Shown one piece after another: positions 13,257 through 25,730 of a DNA stretch of 64,000 nucleotides. Location of the stretch: positions 208,127-272,126 of the forward strand of contig NMRA01000436.1 in the NCBI GenBank assembly GCA_002633005.1. The letters are read 5' to 3'. Below the pieces are notes generated by a model, which was not told the origin of the DNA, did not search any database, and saw only the letters and a list, made by a program, of their open reading frames with translations. The stretch's first letter is position 1. Each line of letters opens with the position of its first letter. This DNA is from Phoronis australis. Lineage: Eukaryota > Animalia > Phoronida. Made by a program: the position numbers and the translations under genes.

Positions 13257-13889
13257 GTTGACTGACTAGTAAATGAAAGCAAACGACGACGGAACTTAAC
13301 ACAACCGAGGTAGAACAATGACTGACTCGGCAGCTCTCACAGTCAGACTATATGAAAAGAAATTGGCGCGAAATGCTTGCCTCCTAAAACGTCACTTCCG
13401 GAGTAGCGGACGCGTAATTAATTAAATTACGAAAAGCTGTAATTAAGTGGAAAATATGTCTAGGATAACCAACCAACCTTATTTTAGCTCAAAATGACAT
13501 GGAAAAAGGTTGCCTTCGCCTTTAAAATGTAAATAAAGTCTGTGCGTACATGAACCAGTTTACATGCTATGAACTACTAAATGAATCTGAACCATAGGTA
13601 CATTTCGAACATTAGAAGACATTCGGGGCTGGACATTCTCGCTGACAATGGTCCGTCCAATGATCATGGACATAACAAAGCAAATTACCATCAAGGTCCA
13701 AACGTCTTGGTGGAGACTTCAATTTACCATCATTGCTATCGCCTCCAGCATCACCATCACTTGGTTTGGTACTTCAGACTTCGATGTAATCCGATCATCA
13801 GTCGTTGTAAATACACTAACAAAAAGTGTTCTTATTCCGTTGTGGTTGTTATATAGGCGATATAGGCCTACGATTGACCTAACACAAAA

Positions 13890-15225
13890 CAGGTTTAACT
13901 AGGTACTGTACACTGGCAGGGTTTAACTAGGTATTGTATAGGGTGTAACAAGGTTTTGTACATGGTTTATCTAGGTATTTTGGAGGTTTTAACTAGGTAT
14001 TGCAAAGGGTTTAACTAGTTGGTTTATCTAGGTAATGTACAGGGTTTAACTAGGTATTGTACAGGGTTTAACTAAGTATGGTACAATGTTTACTAGATAT
14101 TGTACATGGTTTATCTAGGAATTATATATGATTTAAGTAGGTTTTGTACATGTTTTAACTACAGTAGGTATTGTACAGGGTTTAACTAAGTATGGTACAA
14201 TGTTTACTAGATATTGTACATGGTTTATCTAGGAATTATATAGGATTTAAGTAGGTTTTGTACATGTTTTAAATACAGTAGGTATTGTACAGGGTTTAAC
14301 TAAATATTGTTTAGGGTCTTACTAGGTATTGAACAGTTTTCTCACTAGATATTGTACAAGGTTTAGCTAGGTATTGTAAAGGGTTTAACTAGGCATTGTA
14401 TAGCGTTTAACTAGGTATTATGTAGGCTTTAAGCAGGTATTGTACAGGTTTAAAAAAGGTATTGTACAGGGCTTAACTAGGTATTGTATAGCGTTTAACT
14501 AGGTATTGCAGAAGGTTTAACTAGGTATTGTGCAATGTTTAACTAGATATTGTACAGGGTTTAACTAGGACTTGTATAGGGTTTAACTAGGTATTGTACA
14601 GGTTTTAACAAGGTATTGTTCAGGATTTAGCTAGGTATTGTATAGGGTTTAAGCAGGTATTGTACAGTTTTTAAAAAGGTATTTTACATGGTTTAACTAT
14701 GCATTATTAAGGGCTTAACTAGGTATTACATAGGGTTTAACTATGTATTGCAGAAGGCTCAGCTAAGTATTGTATAAGTTTTAACTAGGTATTGTACTTG
14801 GTTTAACTAGGTATTGTACAATGTTTAACTAGATATTGTCCAGGATTAACTAGGTATTGCATAGGATTTAATTGGGTATTGCGCAGGTTTTGACTAGGTA
14901 TTTTAAAGAGTTTAACTAGATATTGTAATTGTTTAATTAGTTATTGCACAAGGTTTAACTAGATATTGTATAGGTTTTAACTAGGTATTCTACAGGGTTT
15001 AACTATGTATTGCAAAGGGTTTAAGTATGTATTGTATAGGGTTTAACTAAGTATTGTATAAGGTTTTACTAGGCATTGTACAGTGTTTAACTTGGTATTG
15101 CATGGGGTTTAACTAGGTATTGTAGAGGTTTTAGCTAAGTAATGTATGAAATTTAGATCGGTATTGTATATGGTTTAACTAAGTATGGTATAGGGATTAA
15201 CTAGGTATTTTATAGGGTTTAACAA
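13890..15225. repeat. 22-bp satellite array, ~60 diverged copies
   Basis: Consensus gggtttaactaggtattgtaca. Confidence 0.97.
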
Positions 15226-18200
15226 ACTGGGGTAATACAATGACATCAAGTTTACATTTCAACCTAATGGGTTACTGGTTTGAAAACAGATTTTTATCAC
15301 GATCGTGATGTGTAGGTACATGTAGAGTTGAGTTACAGTGACATCTTTAATGAATATTTGGAGCATAGAAACGAAATATTTTTTTTAGCGGGCCAAAAAA
15401 CTGTGTCTTCTCATTATAAATGGCACAATAATTGATTAATGAATTTTAAAGTTTATCTCCATCCTTTTCCAGCACAAACTGTCGGAATGCTTCTCTCTGG
15501 TACTTGCAGCTACTGGTTAAGTTTTGAAACTTGGTGAGGTAAAACTACATGTATAATTTTGTTTTGCAAATAGAGTAGGTTGTAAATGTTACATTACTCC
15601 TTGAATCCATTAAAGCTACCGAAAACGCCATGTGACTGTTGCTGTGGGTGTGGATCTGCATGAAACTTCGAGTACATCGGGTAGAGATGCGACGTACACG
15701 CTCGCCTGCTAGTCATTTGGAACTATCTGAGCTCATTTGCAGCACCCGCGTTGCACTACGTCAGTGAAGACTAAGGCAACCGCCTGGATTTTTATGGCTA
15801 TGTGTATCGATATTTTGGCACTGCATAATTCTTATTAAACTGAATGATGCAACTATGCAAAAAAACGATAGGATTAGGTTTGAAGTCGCATAGCACCGAA
15901 CACGCGTTTGTGACACTTTTTTTCTGATATTTTGTCTGTATTTGCTATTGTTATTGTTTATTTTCTAAAAATTTTTTAAAACTTGTTTGACTAAATTTCT
16001 TTATTCTTTTCCTATAGCTGATAGGTGAATTGAACTGTTGAAAATTGGATGCTGAGCACTTGGGATTAAATGTATTTCCAAATACCTGTTGCCGTTACAA
16101 GATATTTTTGTTTTTGAATTACTGCGAGCATTTTGTGTCAAATTACACAAATATTGCTTATATGTTCCTAGGCATATACGATAGCATCACAGAGCCTTGT
16201 CTTGTATTTCCTAGTAGCACAGTGAGAGCTTTCCTAGTTCATCAGCATTGGATTCGGTTGGTTATTAGGCCCATCCCACAGGTGGCGCTTGCAGTACACT
16301 GAGTCATATGACAGCAGTAAGATAGATACGAATATCCGGAGCAAAACACGTTGGCTACATCGCAGTCAGTCTCTATAAATTAAAACACAACCAATCAAAA
16401 GACTATTCCGTCAATACTCTACACAATGATCACAGAAAAGGAACTTGGACACGTCCAAAAATCAATGTTGGTCTTTCTCGCCGCAATAGAGGCACTCTTG
16501 CCAAATTTCAGGAGGATCAATCAAGGAACTTGGCAGCTAATGAGGCATACATGTACATGTATACTAAAAATGACCCAGGGAAGCAAAACAGTGATCGGAT
16601 CTGCCTGAAACGGTAGCTATTTTCATTTCACTAGGAAAAAATGTGCCAAATTCTATAATGGTCCTTCATGGAGTTTGGCGGACAAAGAGGCGCACGTTAA
16701 AAATAGTTTCGAAATAATAAAAAGGACCACTAGGAGTCGCGCAATACGTCGCATCCGTTCAAAATCGTGGAACTGTCGTTGGCGTCTAAATAGCAGGCTG
16801 CTTATTTACTTATATCATAAAAATCGGCCAAGGAAATTTGCAAACGTAAAACAAATGCTAGTGGGAGGTACAGTGGTAGTTGGATCCGTCCAAAGTCACT
16901 GTAAAACGTTGTCAGCTCCATTGTCCCATATTGTCCATTTGTGGGGTTTAGGAGATATAGCAGCAGCAGCCGCCGGAGGGACGGCAGCTGCAGGTTTGGG
17001 CGCACAGAGACGATGGCAACACAAATATGCGACATCAATCTATTTGCTTCTAAATTTAATTACAATTGAAAAATTAAGTGTCCTACTTAAACGTAATACG
17101 TACTGAAAATTCGTCCATCGTCAGTGCAAATTGAAGTCGGCAGTTTGGAACATTCCGCGTGACATTTTGATGGCAGACCTTCATTTTTTGGAGCAGCACA
17201 AGCACAAACTAACCACACCAGTAGGAGAGAAAGGACGCCTGTGAAAACAATAGCATAAAACCTACACTCGTCTCAGGTTTATGGCATAAGGAAATTCTCT
17301 TGGGAATTTTGTCAAAATCCCGAGGGGATTTGCTTCCTCACATGAACCTCAAAAACGATCTTTTTGCCGAAGAATTCACTTGTCTAAAACTTTCAACCAC
17401 ATGAGCCAACTTTTGTAAAAACACGCTTGCGAAATGTAAATTAAACCCAGTTACTTTTTGTTAAAAGTTTTATTTTAAACTTAACAATTGTAGTTAGCAT
17501 TCACCTTTACCCACAATTTTGTCAAGTTAGAATAGCCTTTGAAGTTGTAAATGTTTACAAATAACACATTCGGCAAGGCTTCCCTGCACGTGAGCACTGA
17601 ATTGACATTGAGACAGCACTTTTAGGCAGTCTCATCGCGTTTCTTGAGTTGGGGTTCGTCTCCTTTTGAATGGACGTGGATATGGAATTCGCCCCCGAAG
17701 ATGGATCCCTTTTAGAAGCTGTTTGTGTGTCCTTCCGAATGAGAGTGCATACAATTGCGACACTCGATTTGTCAGTCATAACCTTGTCACCTTCACGGAA
17801 TTCCAGCATTGTTTGGTTAGCGCGCGTTTGGTTGTTGGTAGGCTCTTAGTGTTTTACAGACGATAACATGTAAGGCGTACGGATTTCTGCTTTGCACTAT
17901 TTAGTGATTCGCCCATGTATTATCAAAAAATTACGCACTCGGTGATATTAACCAGTCGAGTCGTAACACAATCCAGGTCATATGAGAAAGTCACATCTCA
18001 ACTAGACTTGTAAAATTCTTACAGCTTATTGCTTTCTAAATAGTGAAAGCTCATTCTTGACTACGAATTCCTAATCACGTCTGGGCGAGATATCATATAA
18101 GTTTTTTTTCCTTAATTGACGTCAGTAGACTTCTATACGCTGCATCCATGTGCATCAACAATTTGTACACCCACTCCCACCAGAAGCGGTTTGATTGGTT

Positions 18201-18321
18201 GATAAACAACCCACGTGTCGGACACGTACTAGAGTTGAATATGAGTGGTGAGGCTCGTCGTTCCTGCAACAGATGTTTCCACTTCCGGTAAGACGGCGTG
18301 CGGAGTTTAAACCAGCCTCCC

Positions 18322-18453
18322 GTTCAGTAACGCTAGGACCTCGCTAAAAAGCAAGGCTTCGCGTAATTACGTGAGAAATTGCCGTGTATTTTAAATGAGA
18401 ACACGTGACTGTGACTAGGTTTTAGCTAGCGTAGGTCCTAGCGTCTACTGAAC
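18322..18453. mobile_element. Short inverted-repeat (MITE-like) element
   Basis: gttcagtaacgctaggacctcgcta ... tagcgtaggtcctagcgtctactgaac form ~26-bp arms around an ~80-bp spacer. Confidence 0.6.
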
Positions 18454-19110
18454 ACACGCCAGTTCACTTTAACAGACAATGGATGTATCTACTCTTTGAG
18501 CCTGTCAGATATGCTTGCAGCTCAAAACAATATATCAGGACCCTTTCTTGTTGGGAACCGATAACCTTGTAACTGAAGTACATGTATTATAAAACTGCTA
18601 GTATTGAGATTTCACCGACTATTATATTTCGGACAAAAGAAGCTTCAGAACTTTACCCATCTAGAACAAAGTTACAAAAGGCACTGCCTACTTTACAATA
18701 ATCAAAAAGGTGAAAGTTCTCACATTAGGATTAGCTTAACACAGCCCCGAAAGGACCCCAAGGTGTTTTACTTACATCTGAAAGATACCATTTGTATTCT
18801 CTGGAGGTCCAGATATTTTCATCCGTCTGTAACCTCGCGCAGTCGTGAATCACACATAACTTTCATGACCAAGGGTACTTATAAGGCAGTATCTATTTAC
18901 TTTGAACAAATTAACCTATTTCGTTCTCACTTTGTGACAAGCATGTGTTTGTGTAGCATGAGCCTCTAGGTCAAGTCAACTTAAACTTCAATAAATAAAA
19001 GTTGAATTTATGGAAAGTTTACCCTGGACACGACCATGGGGCGATCTTGTGGATGGAGGACATCAAACAAGAAACGCTCTTGTCTTGCTTTAGGCAATGC
19101 GCGGGTATCT

Positions 19111-19180
19111 CATGGGCGGCGCACCATAGAGGGCTAGGGGGACTATAGGCCCCATTTATTTCAGTGCTGCATTGCCCATG
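19111..19180 (+). mobile_element. 70-bp MITE, copy 1 (CATG termini, 5-bp TSD)
   Basis: catgggcggcgcaccata...gcccatg, flanked by tatct/catct. The reverse-complement copy lies at 32516-32589. Confidence 0.7.
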
Positions 19181-22100
19181 CATCTGCATTCGAAAATTGT
19201 GCCCCCCCCCCTACGGCGTCCTGCATCAGCAGTCAGTTTATCAACTACTCCAGTAGCACCAGACTGCACATGTATGGTTAGGCGAGTACAACGAAAACAG
19301 CATAAATGGCTCTGATCAGCGCCTCACACATTTTGAAGTTGCACTTGAGCTGTTTAAAGATTAATTGTCCAGCAACATCATTTGCGTTTTTAAGCCCTAT
19401 ACAAACGTATTAATAAAATTAGGTTTTTTAATAAATGGCCTTTGGTCTTAGCGAAAATTACACCTCTCATGATATAGTGAGCGCTGTTCTTGAGACTCTA
19501 AGAAGTGTCATTCATAAACGGTGGAATATCAGAAATATTTTGATTATTTATGGCCCCTTTAGTTCTGTCATATGATGGATTATGAGCATTCTTTCTACTT
19601 TTAGCTTGAGATTTCAATCCTATTTCAAATTTCAGAAAAGCGATTTTTTCATAATGTGTTTCTAAACATTCCAAAAGGATTTATAACACCCACTTTAACA
19701 AAATAAACAATTGATCAGCGTTTATTACAGTTAAGATGAACATCTGTATAGCGAGCGAATCAATTTAAGTTGTATTGTACGTTGCCATATGGTTGGTGGA
19801 GTTTGTTCCGTGAGACTTCAATTAATTTTACGCCGTCAAAAAAAGTTGGTAAACTGGCTTACCAGTGTCAGTGAATTCCTTTCAGGTTTGGTGTCAAAAA
19901 CTCAAAATTATGTTCTTTTTGTGAAGCACAATTCCAGTTCAAAGACTCTGGTATAGCCAAATGTCCGGAAGTTTTTGGGCCTTGCTGGACGAGTGGATCG
20001 CAAGCCTGTATCTCGTTGGCTGAATAATGTTCACATGAATGTATTTGTACCATCTGGCTCTCTCTTATCATTTCCAAGAAATTTAGAAAAATGAACACAT
20101 TTCGCACATGTATGAGTTTGGTATCAAATTCCTGATAGCTCAACGCATATCGTAGCAATATTCGTCTCAGAATGAGAGGACACCAACAGGAAAGAAAAGT
20201 CGCACAATATGTGGTTTAATAAAGGGTTCTAGAAACACGGTCTTGTCTGAAGGACGGTGCATTTCTGCTGGATATTAGATAAGAAAAACACATGGTAACC
20301 TTTTAAGCAGTTTATTATTGGCACTGCCGAAATGTCAAGCATATGCAGCAGAATGTTTAGAATTTTCAAAGAGGATCACTTTTTTACTTAATGAAATTTG
20401 ATTTCGCCAAGTATGTTGATTGGTCATAAAATATGTAAGTTTTTTGTTTGTTTCTTGTTCGCACGCTACAGATCGTCTTATCGAATCCGCAACGTGAAAT
20501 TTACACACAGCATATGTCTCGTGAATGGCTGGAAGTCTAGTTTTTTGTTGAAATCTGATACAAGATGGCACTTTGGCAGACCCTTTTTCGTTTGTGGAGC
20601 CATAGCTCCGCTGTTTCTGATCGGAGTTTTCTAATTTTTCTTCCTGTGGATAAATCATTCCAAGGGCTATCGCAAGTCTCTCTAGTTGTTACCTTTCTCA
20701 TGTTATTCGATATTTTCCGAGGAATGGTCTCCAAATAACTGAGTTTTTGTGCCGTTTCTTCGGCATCCCTTGGCAGATCTATTTGGAATTTGGTATGTAC
20801 ATGTAAATATATCTTTCGCTATCAGAGTATGAAAATCGTTATTTGTTATAACTCACCGTTCTCGCGATATTCGAGAATCACTGCTCTTTTGTTGACTCGT
20901 TAATTATAGCTGCACTTTGTTAAGCCATCGTATTTGTGTTAGAGGTCGCAGTTTTCGTCTGATCGACTTGAAATTTACGTGCAATGTTTACCTAGTCAAT
21001 AACCTGATTACTGACTTCTTGCAAGATGGCGCTGTGACGGTTATTTTTAATTATGTTTGCGGAGCTCTGAACTTTTCAAATTTAGTATGGCCATCTAATA
21101 CATAAGTGTAATAAGCGTAGGGGTCGTGATTGTCTATGTTCGAGGTTTCTCGTCGATCTCACCTTGAATTCTTTAATTTCTTTCACCAAGTGTTTCTCTT
21201 CAAAGAGCTTTCATTTGAATGTTTCAATAGTTCGATATAGAAAAAATGTGATTTGGCAGGTTGTTGTTTTCTAGTTTCGAAGTAACACTTTCAGTTGAAC
21301 ACGTGAAATTCTTGTTCAAGGCATGCCCGAAGACAGGTTTTGATCGTGTTTTGTTTCAAGAACTGTACGAGTAAACTTGATAAATGATACATGTATGTAG
21401 TACATACTTTTAAAACCTTTCAAAGTGATGGTATGTCTAGACAATGACATGATAATTTTCGTCATGAACTGCCAAGCAAGCTAACGGGGGGAGAGGTTGG
21501 AATTGTATCGACTGCTTAAGGCCACTTCTTCAATAATCTCCAAATTTCCATTTGTGTCATCATCAGCAGAGATTTCAGTTCAAAAAACAGGACGGTCTTC
21601 ATCGAAAGTAATGACAAGACGGAGAATAATTCCCGTTCCTTAAAATTCCGTTAACGAACGAAGGTACGAGTTGAAGGGAAAATGCCTCAAAAGCTCAACT
21701 TAAAAATGTACATTAAAACGTCGTACGAAAAATTCTATCTAATGAGCGTGACATCAACGCCAATATTGATGATAAAAACACACGTGTGAAAAAAGAGAGT
21801 TCCTTTACAATTTGTATTACTTCGCCAAACTCGTGACCGATGGATAATTTACTGGTCAAAATTTTCAACTTCGAAAGTACTCCTAAGGTCATCCCAGATG
21901 GTAAAATGAACACAACAATGTTTCTTTCCGATTGTGAGCAGTGTTCGAGCTTCAGCAAATAAATGTGCAGGTCCGGCGGGCCAGTTACTTGAACACGAGA
22001 CTCCATGCACATGGGCCTATATGTGAAAGTTTACTGCCCCAAATCTCTCCTCAACCGGGATTTCACTAAATTCCATTTCAAGACAAGCAAGTGATCGGCA

Positions 22101-22347
22101 ACATTCCACACACCATTCTACGTAGATCCACTTTCAGAGCAGAACAGATAAAGACGTGGATTTATTTTCGAAAAAAATTCATGAAATCGGGACAAGCAAC
22201 CTCTGAATACTGGTCTTCACTACGGCTATTGGAGAATCCGATGGCGAAATGAATTCCACTACAAACTTAACTTAAATATGAGCTGTGCCTTCCGGGTGAA
22301 TGTTAACATAGGCCTGAACGTGGCAAATTTCACATTTCAAGAAAAGC

Positions 22348-23602
22348 TCATAGTCTGTAGCCAGAAGGCACTTTTTAGTCTGTAGCCACAGGACATTGGA
22401 CTGTAGCCACAGGACATTGGACTGTAGCCACATGACATTGGACTGTAGCCACAGGACATTGGACTGTAGCCACAGGACATTTTCTAGTCTGAAGGCACAG
22501 GACATTTTCTAGTCTGCACTCATAGGTCATTTTCTAGTCTGAAGCCACAGGTCATTTTCTAGTCTGTAGCTACAGGTCATTTTCTGGTCTGAAGCCGCAG
22601 GCCATTTTCTAGTCAGCACTCACAGGTCATTTTCTAGTCTGTAGCCACAGGTTATTTTCTAGTCTGAAGCCACAGGTCATTTTCTAGTTTGTGGCCACAG
22701 GTCATTTTTCTAGTCTGAAGCCACGGGTCATTTTCTAGTCTGAAGCCACAGGTCATTTTCTAGTCTGTAGCTACAGGTCATTTTCTGGTCTGAAGTCACA
22801 GGTCATTTTCTAGTCTGAAGCCACAGGGCATTTTCTTGTCTGTAGCCACAGGTCACATTCTAGTCTGTAGCTAAAGGGCATTTTTTCTGTAGCCACATGA
22901 CATTTTCTAGTGTGTAGCCACAGGGCATTTCGTCTGTAGCCACAGGACATTATCTAGTCTGTAGCCAAAGGGCATTGGTATGTAGCCACAGGGCATTTTT
23001 AATCTGTAACCAAGGGCATTGGACTGTTGCCACAGGGCTTATTCTAGTCTGCAGCCACAGGGATTTTTTTCTGTAGTCACAGGACATTATCTAGTATGTA
23101 GCCAAAGGGCATTCAATTTGGACTGCGGCCACAGGACATTTTCTAATCTGCAGCCACAAGGCATTTTCTAGTCTGTAGCCACACGGCATTTTCTAGTCTG
23201 TAGCCAAAGGGCATTGGGCTGCAGCCACAGGTTATTTTCTAGTCCGTAGTCTAAGGTTATTTTCGAGTCTGTAGCCAAAGGGTGTTGGAATGTAGCCACA
23301 GGGCATTTTCTAGTCTGCAGCCACACGACGCTTTCTAGTCAGTAGCCAAATGCCATTGGACTCTATCCACAGGGCATTGTCTAGTCTGCAGCCACAGGGC
23401 AATTTCTAGTCTGCAGGCACATTGCATTTTGTCTGTAGCCACAGGACATTATCTAATCTGTAGCCAAGGGCATTGGACTGTAGCCACAGGGCATTTTCTA
23501 GTCTGCAGCCACAGGGCATTTTCTAGTCTGTAGCCTCAGGGCATTTTCTAGTCTGCAATCAGAGGGCATTTTTTTCTGTAGCCACAGCTCATTTTCTAGT
23601 CC
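22348..23602. repeat. Satellite array of 25-bp and 21-bp variants
   Basis: Units ttttctagtctgtagccacagg(t/g)ca (25 bp) and ggactgtagccacaggacatt (21 bp). Confidence 0.97.
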
Positions 23603-23696
23603 CTAGAAGTTAAATACAGGGCGTGCGTCAAGTTTTGCGGAGGTTTGATGAATTTGTTGAATTCAATTGCCAGGAAACTGATTAACTTGTGTTTTT

Positions 23697-24058
23697 CAAT
23701 GAGAAAAGCCATGTTTTTTGCCGTGACCTAATTTCGATGCAAAAAGGTGGCTGTCGTTTGCTTTCAACCCTGTCGGCTGCTGACTGAGAAACCGGGTGCG
23801 ATATCAGGTGGCTGTCAGACAGATCAAAATTGCCAAAAAGCAGCTAGTAAGGAGCGTACTATGACCAGGTTTTTAGAATCTAGAGAGCTCGAGCATTCTG
23901 AATTAGATTTTTTTTCTAGCACTTGCACGGAAGTCGCGAATTTGAGTAGGTAACTGTCAAATTTGGTGTTTTTTGGTCCTATTTTTGTATACCGGTATTT
24001 TTTCCCGTTATGACTTAGCCGGTTAAAAATCAGTAGCATACTTAAGTTTCAGTTATCA
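23697..24058 (+). repeat. Dispersed repeat, copy 1 (homolog at 55547-55768)
   Basis: Shares caatgagaaaagcc...gagaaaccgg...gctgtca and aaaatc.gtagcata.ttaag..tcagttat with the second copy. Confidence 0.75.
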
Positions 24059-24209
24059 TGAATATTGCTTTTGAATTGGGAACGCCAAAGAACCTTTTCT
24101 TTTTCAGACTGTGTATCAGGACGTGAGATAAGGACTCGTCTTCATATGGGTGTGTGTAGGCAACCAAAACCCGGTAATACATGTAGTGTGCCTCCTGTGC
24201 ATTTCTTAA

Positions 24210-25272
24210 AGGAGCATGCCACCCAAAAACAACCTAATTTGTATTAATTTAGATCGAGTAGTTCTACTCCATAACGACAATTACTGTTGCGTTACCTGAC
24301 ACCTGACGGCAGACGGAGATGTTGAAATTATCCAATGACGTCATCGGTTTCACACGCAGTCTGTTCAGTAGTTCACAACACAGGTTACTGGTGTCAGCTT
24401 ATCGCTTGAAGTCATCGTTTAACACCAATGAATCATCAAACTTCGATGTATAACCCTAAAAAATACACCGAGTTCTTATAAAAACGTGTTGTTTTATTTC
24501 GCTCTTACGGATTTATTGGATTTGGACACACCGTAGCCTCCAAAGGTTGGCAGGCCAATAAGGTCTGTAGCAGGAATTTGAGGTGTGTTCGGAGATAATT
24601 TCGAAGTATTTCCGTGAGATACAGAGAGGAGAACCTAGATCTGTGTTGCTTAGACTTGGGATGTTTTGAGTTCTAAACACAAAACGCTCGTTATCCTGGC
24701 CAGTGGCTCGGAGCCCGATCAGGCCCGTCGATCGCGGCCGGCCGGATTGACTCGTCACGGTTATCACGGCCAGTGGCTCGGAAACTGATCAGACATCACG
24801 AACTTAAACCAGCCAAATTTCAAAGGAAACTAAACTTTCAGTCAACATTGCAACTCGTAATCCCGACTAGGACGAGATAGAGCTCATCAGTCTCGACTTC
24901 ACAGGTGGATCGTTAAGATATACAGGCTATCAATTCGAACAGGAATACAGTGATGAAGAAATACTAGAGAGACGCCGTGAACAAGCTCAGACAACGGAAC
25001 GTATGGAGTTATTTGGTAAACTGGCATTCGTGAGGCACTGTCGATGTCTGCAGGCCACAGACACGGAGATGTTTCACGGCCTCATACTTGCTATTTACAG
25101 CGTATATTTCATTCTTCACTACCATGAGCCACTTCCTAAACATTTCGGACTCTCGAAGAAGTAAAAAAACGATATTCCCGCTCTCCTCGCAGCTGCTTAG
25201 TTCGAACAAGCAGGAACGATGCACCGCAACATAGCGGCATTCACTCTGCATATGAACCACTGACTACGCTAG
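24210..25272. mobile_element. Kolobok deletion derivative, family 2, copy A (right end missing)
   Basis: TTAA|aggagcatgccaccc terminus; colinear with 46142-47536. Contains a KolX-like GYQFEQEYSDEEIL stub (+, ~24848-25016) and a THAP MLRCIVPACSN...RKWL..V...KHLRVCGL stub (-, ~25045-25232). Confidence 0.85.
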
Positions 25273-25573
25273 CACAGGTTAACGTGGGGACGACATCAAT
25301 CGCTTTCTGGGGTTTGGGACTGCGTTAAGAGAGTTAAAAATTGTGTAAGATTTAGTATATTCTTGGTTAAACATAATTCGAAATAAAAGGCTGGATTTAG
25401 ACCACCAAGTAAGAGCTGGATCTGTCGTTTTTTTGCATTTCAATACATGTAGGTTTTATAACCTACCAATGGTTCTCCATATAGAAATGTAGTTGCCAAC
25501 AATGTACTGAAAGCCGTATACAGTTGGCTATGTTCGGTGACAAATTCTAACATCGCATACTTCTTTCATAATC

Positions 25574-25730
25574 CCGTGGCGGATTTAGAGAGGGGCCAAG
25601 AGGTCCATGGCCTCCCTAAAATTCTCCAAGATTCCACTGGGCAGTTCGGGAGTGCCAATGTCTGACAGGCAAAATCCTGGCTAATACTCTGCCCTGGCCC
25701 CCCTAACTCAAAACCCTGGATCCGCCCATG
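25574..25730. mobile_element. 157-bp MITE (GGCGGAT...ATCCGCC TIRs, 5-bp TSD taatc)
   Basis: taatc|ccgtggcggatttag ... ctggatccgcccatg|taatc. Confidence 0.7.

Larger units (their letters stand above)
12229..13521. mobile_element. Internally deleted Kolobok DNA transposon (~150-bp TIRs, TTAA TSD)
   Basis: TTAA|aggcgaaggcaacc... at the left and ...ggttgccttcgcct|TTAA at the right, with near-perfect long TIRs. Contains KolX (+) and THAP/transposase (-) remnants. N-gap at 13115-13238. Confidence 0.92.
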
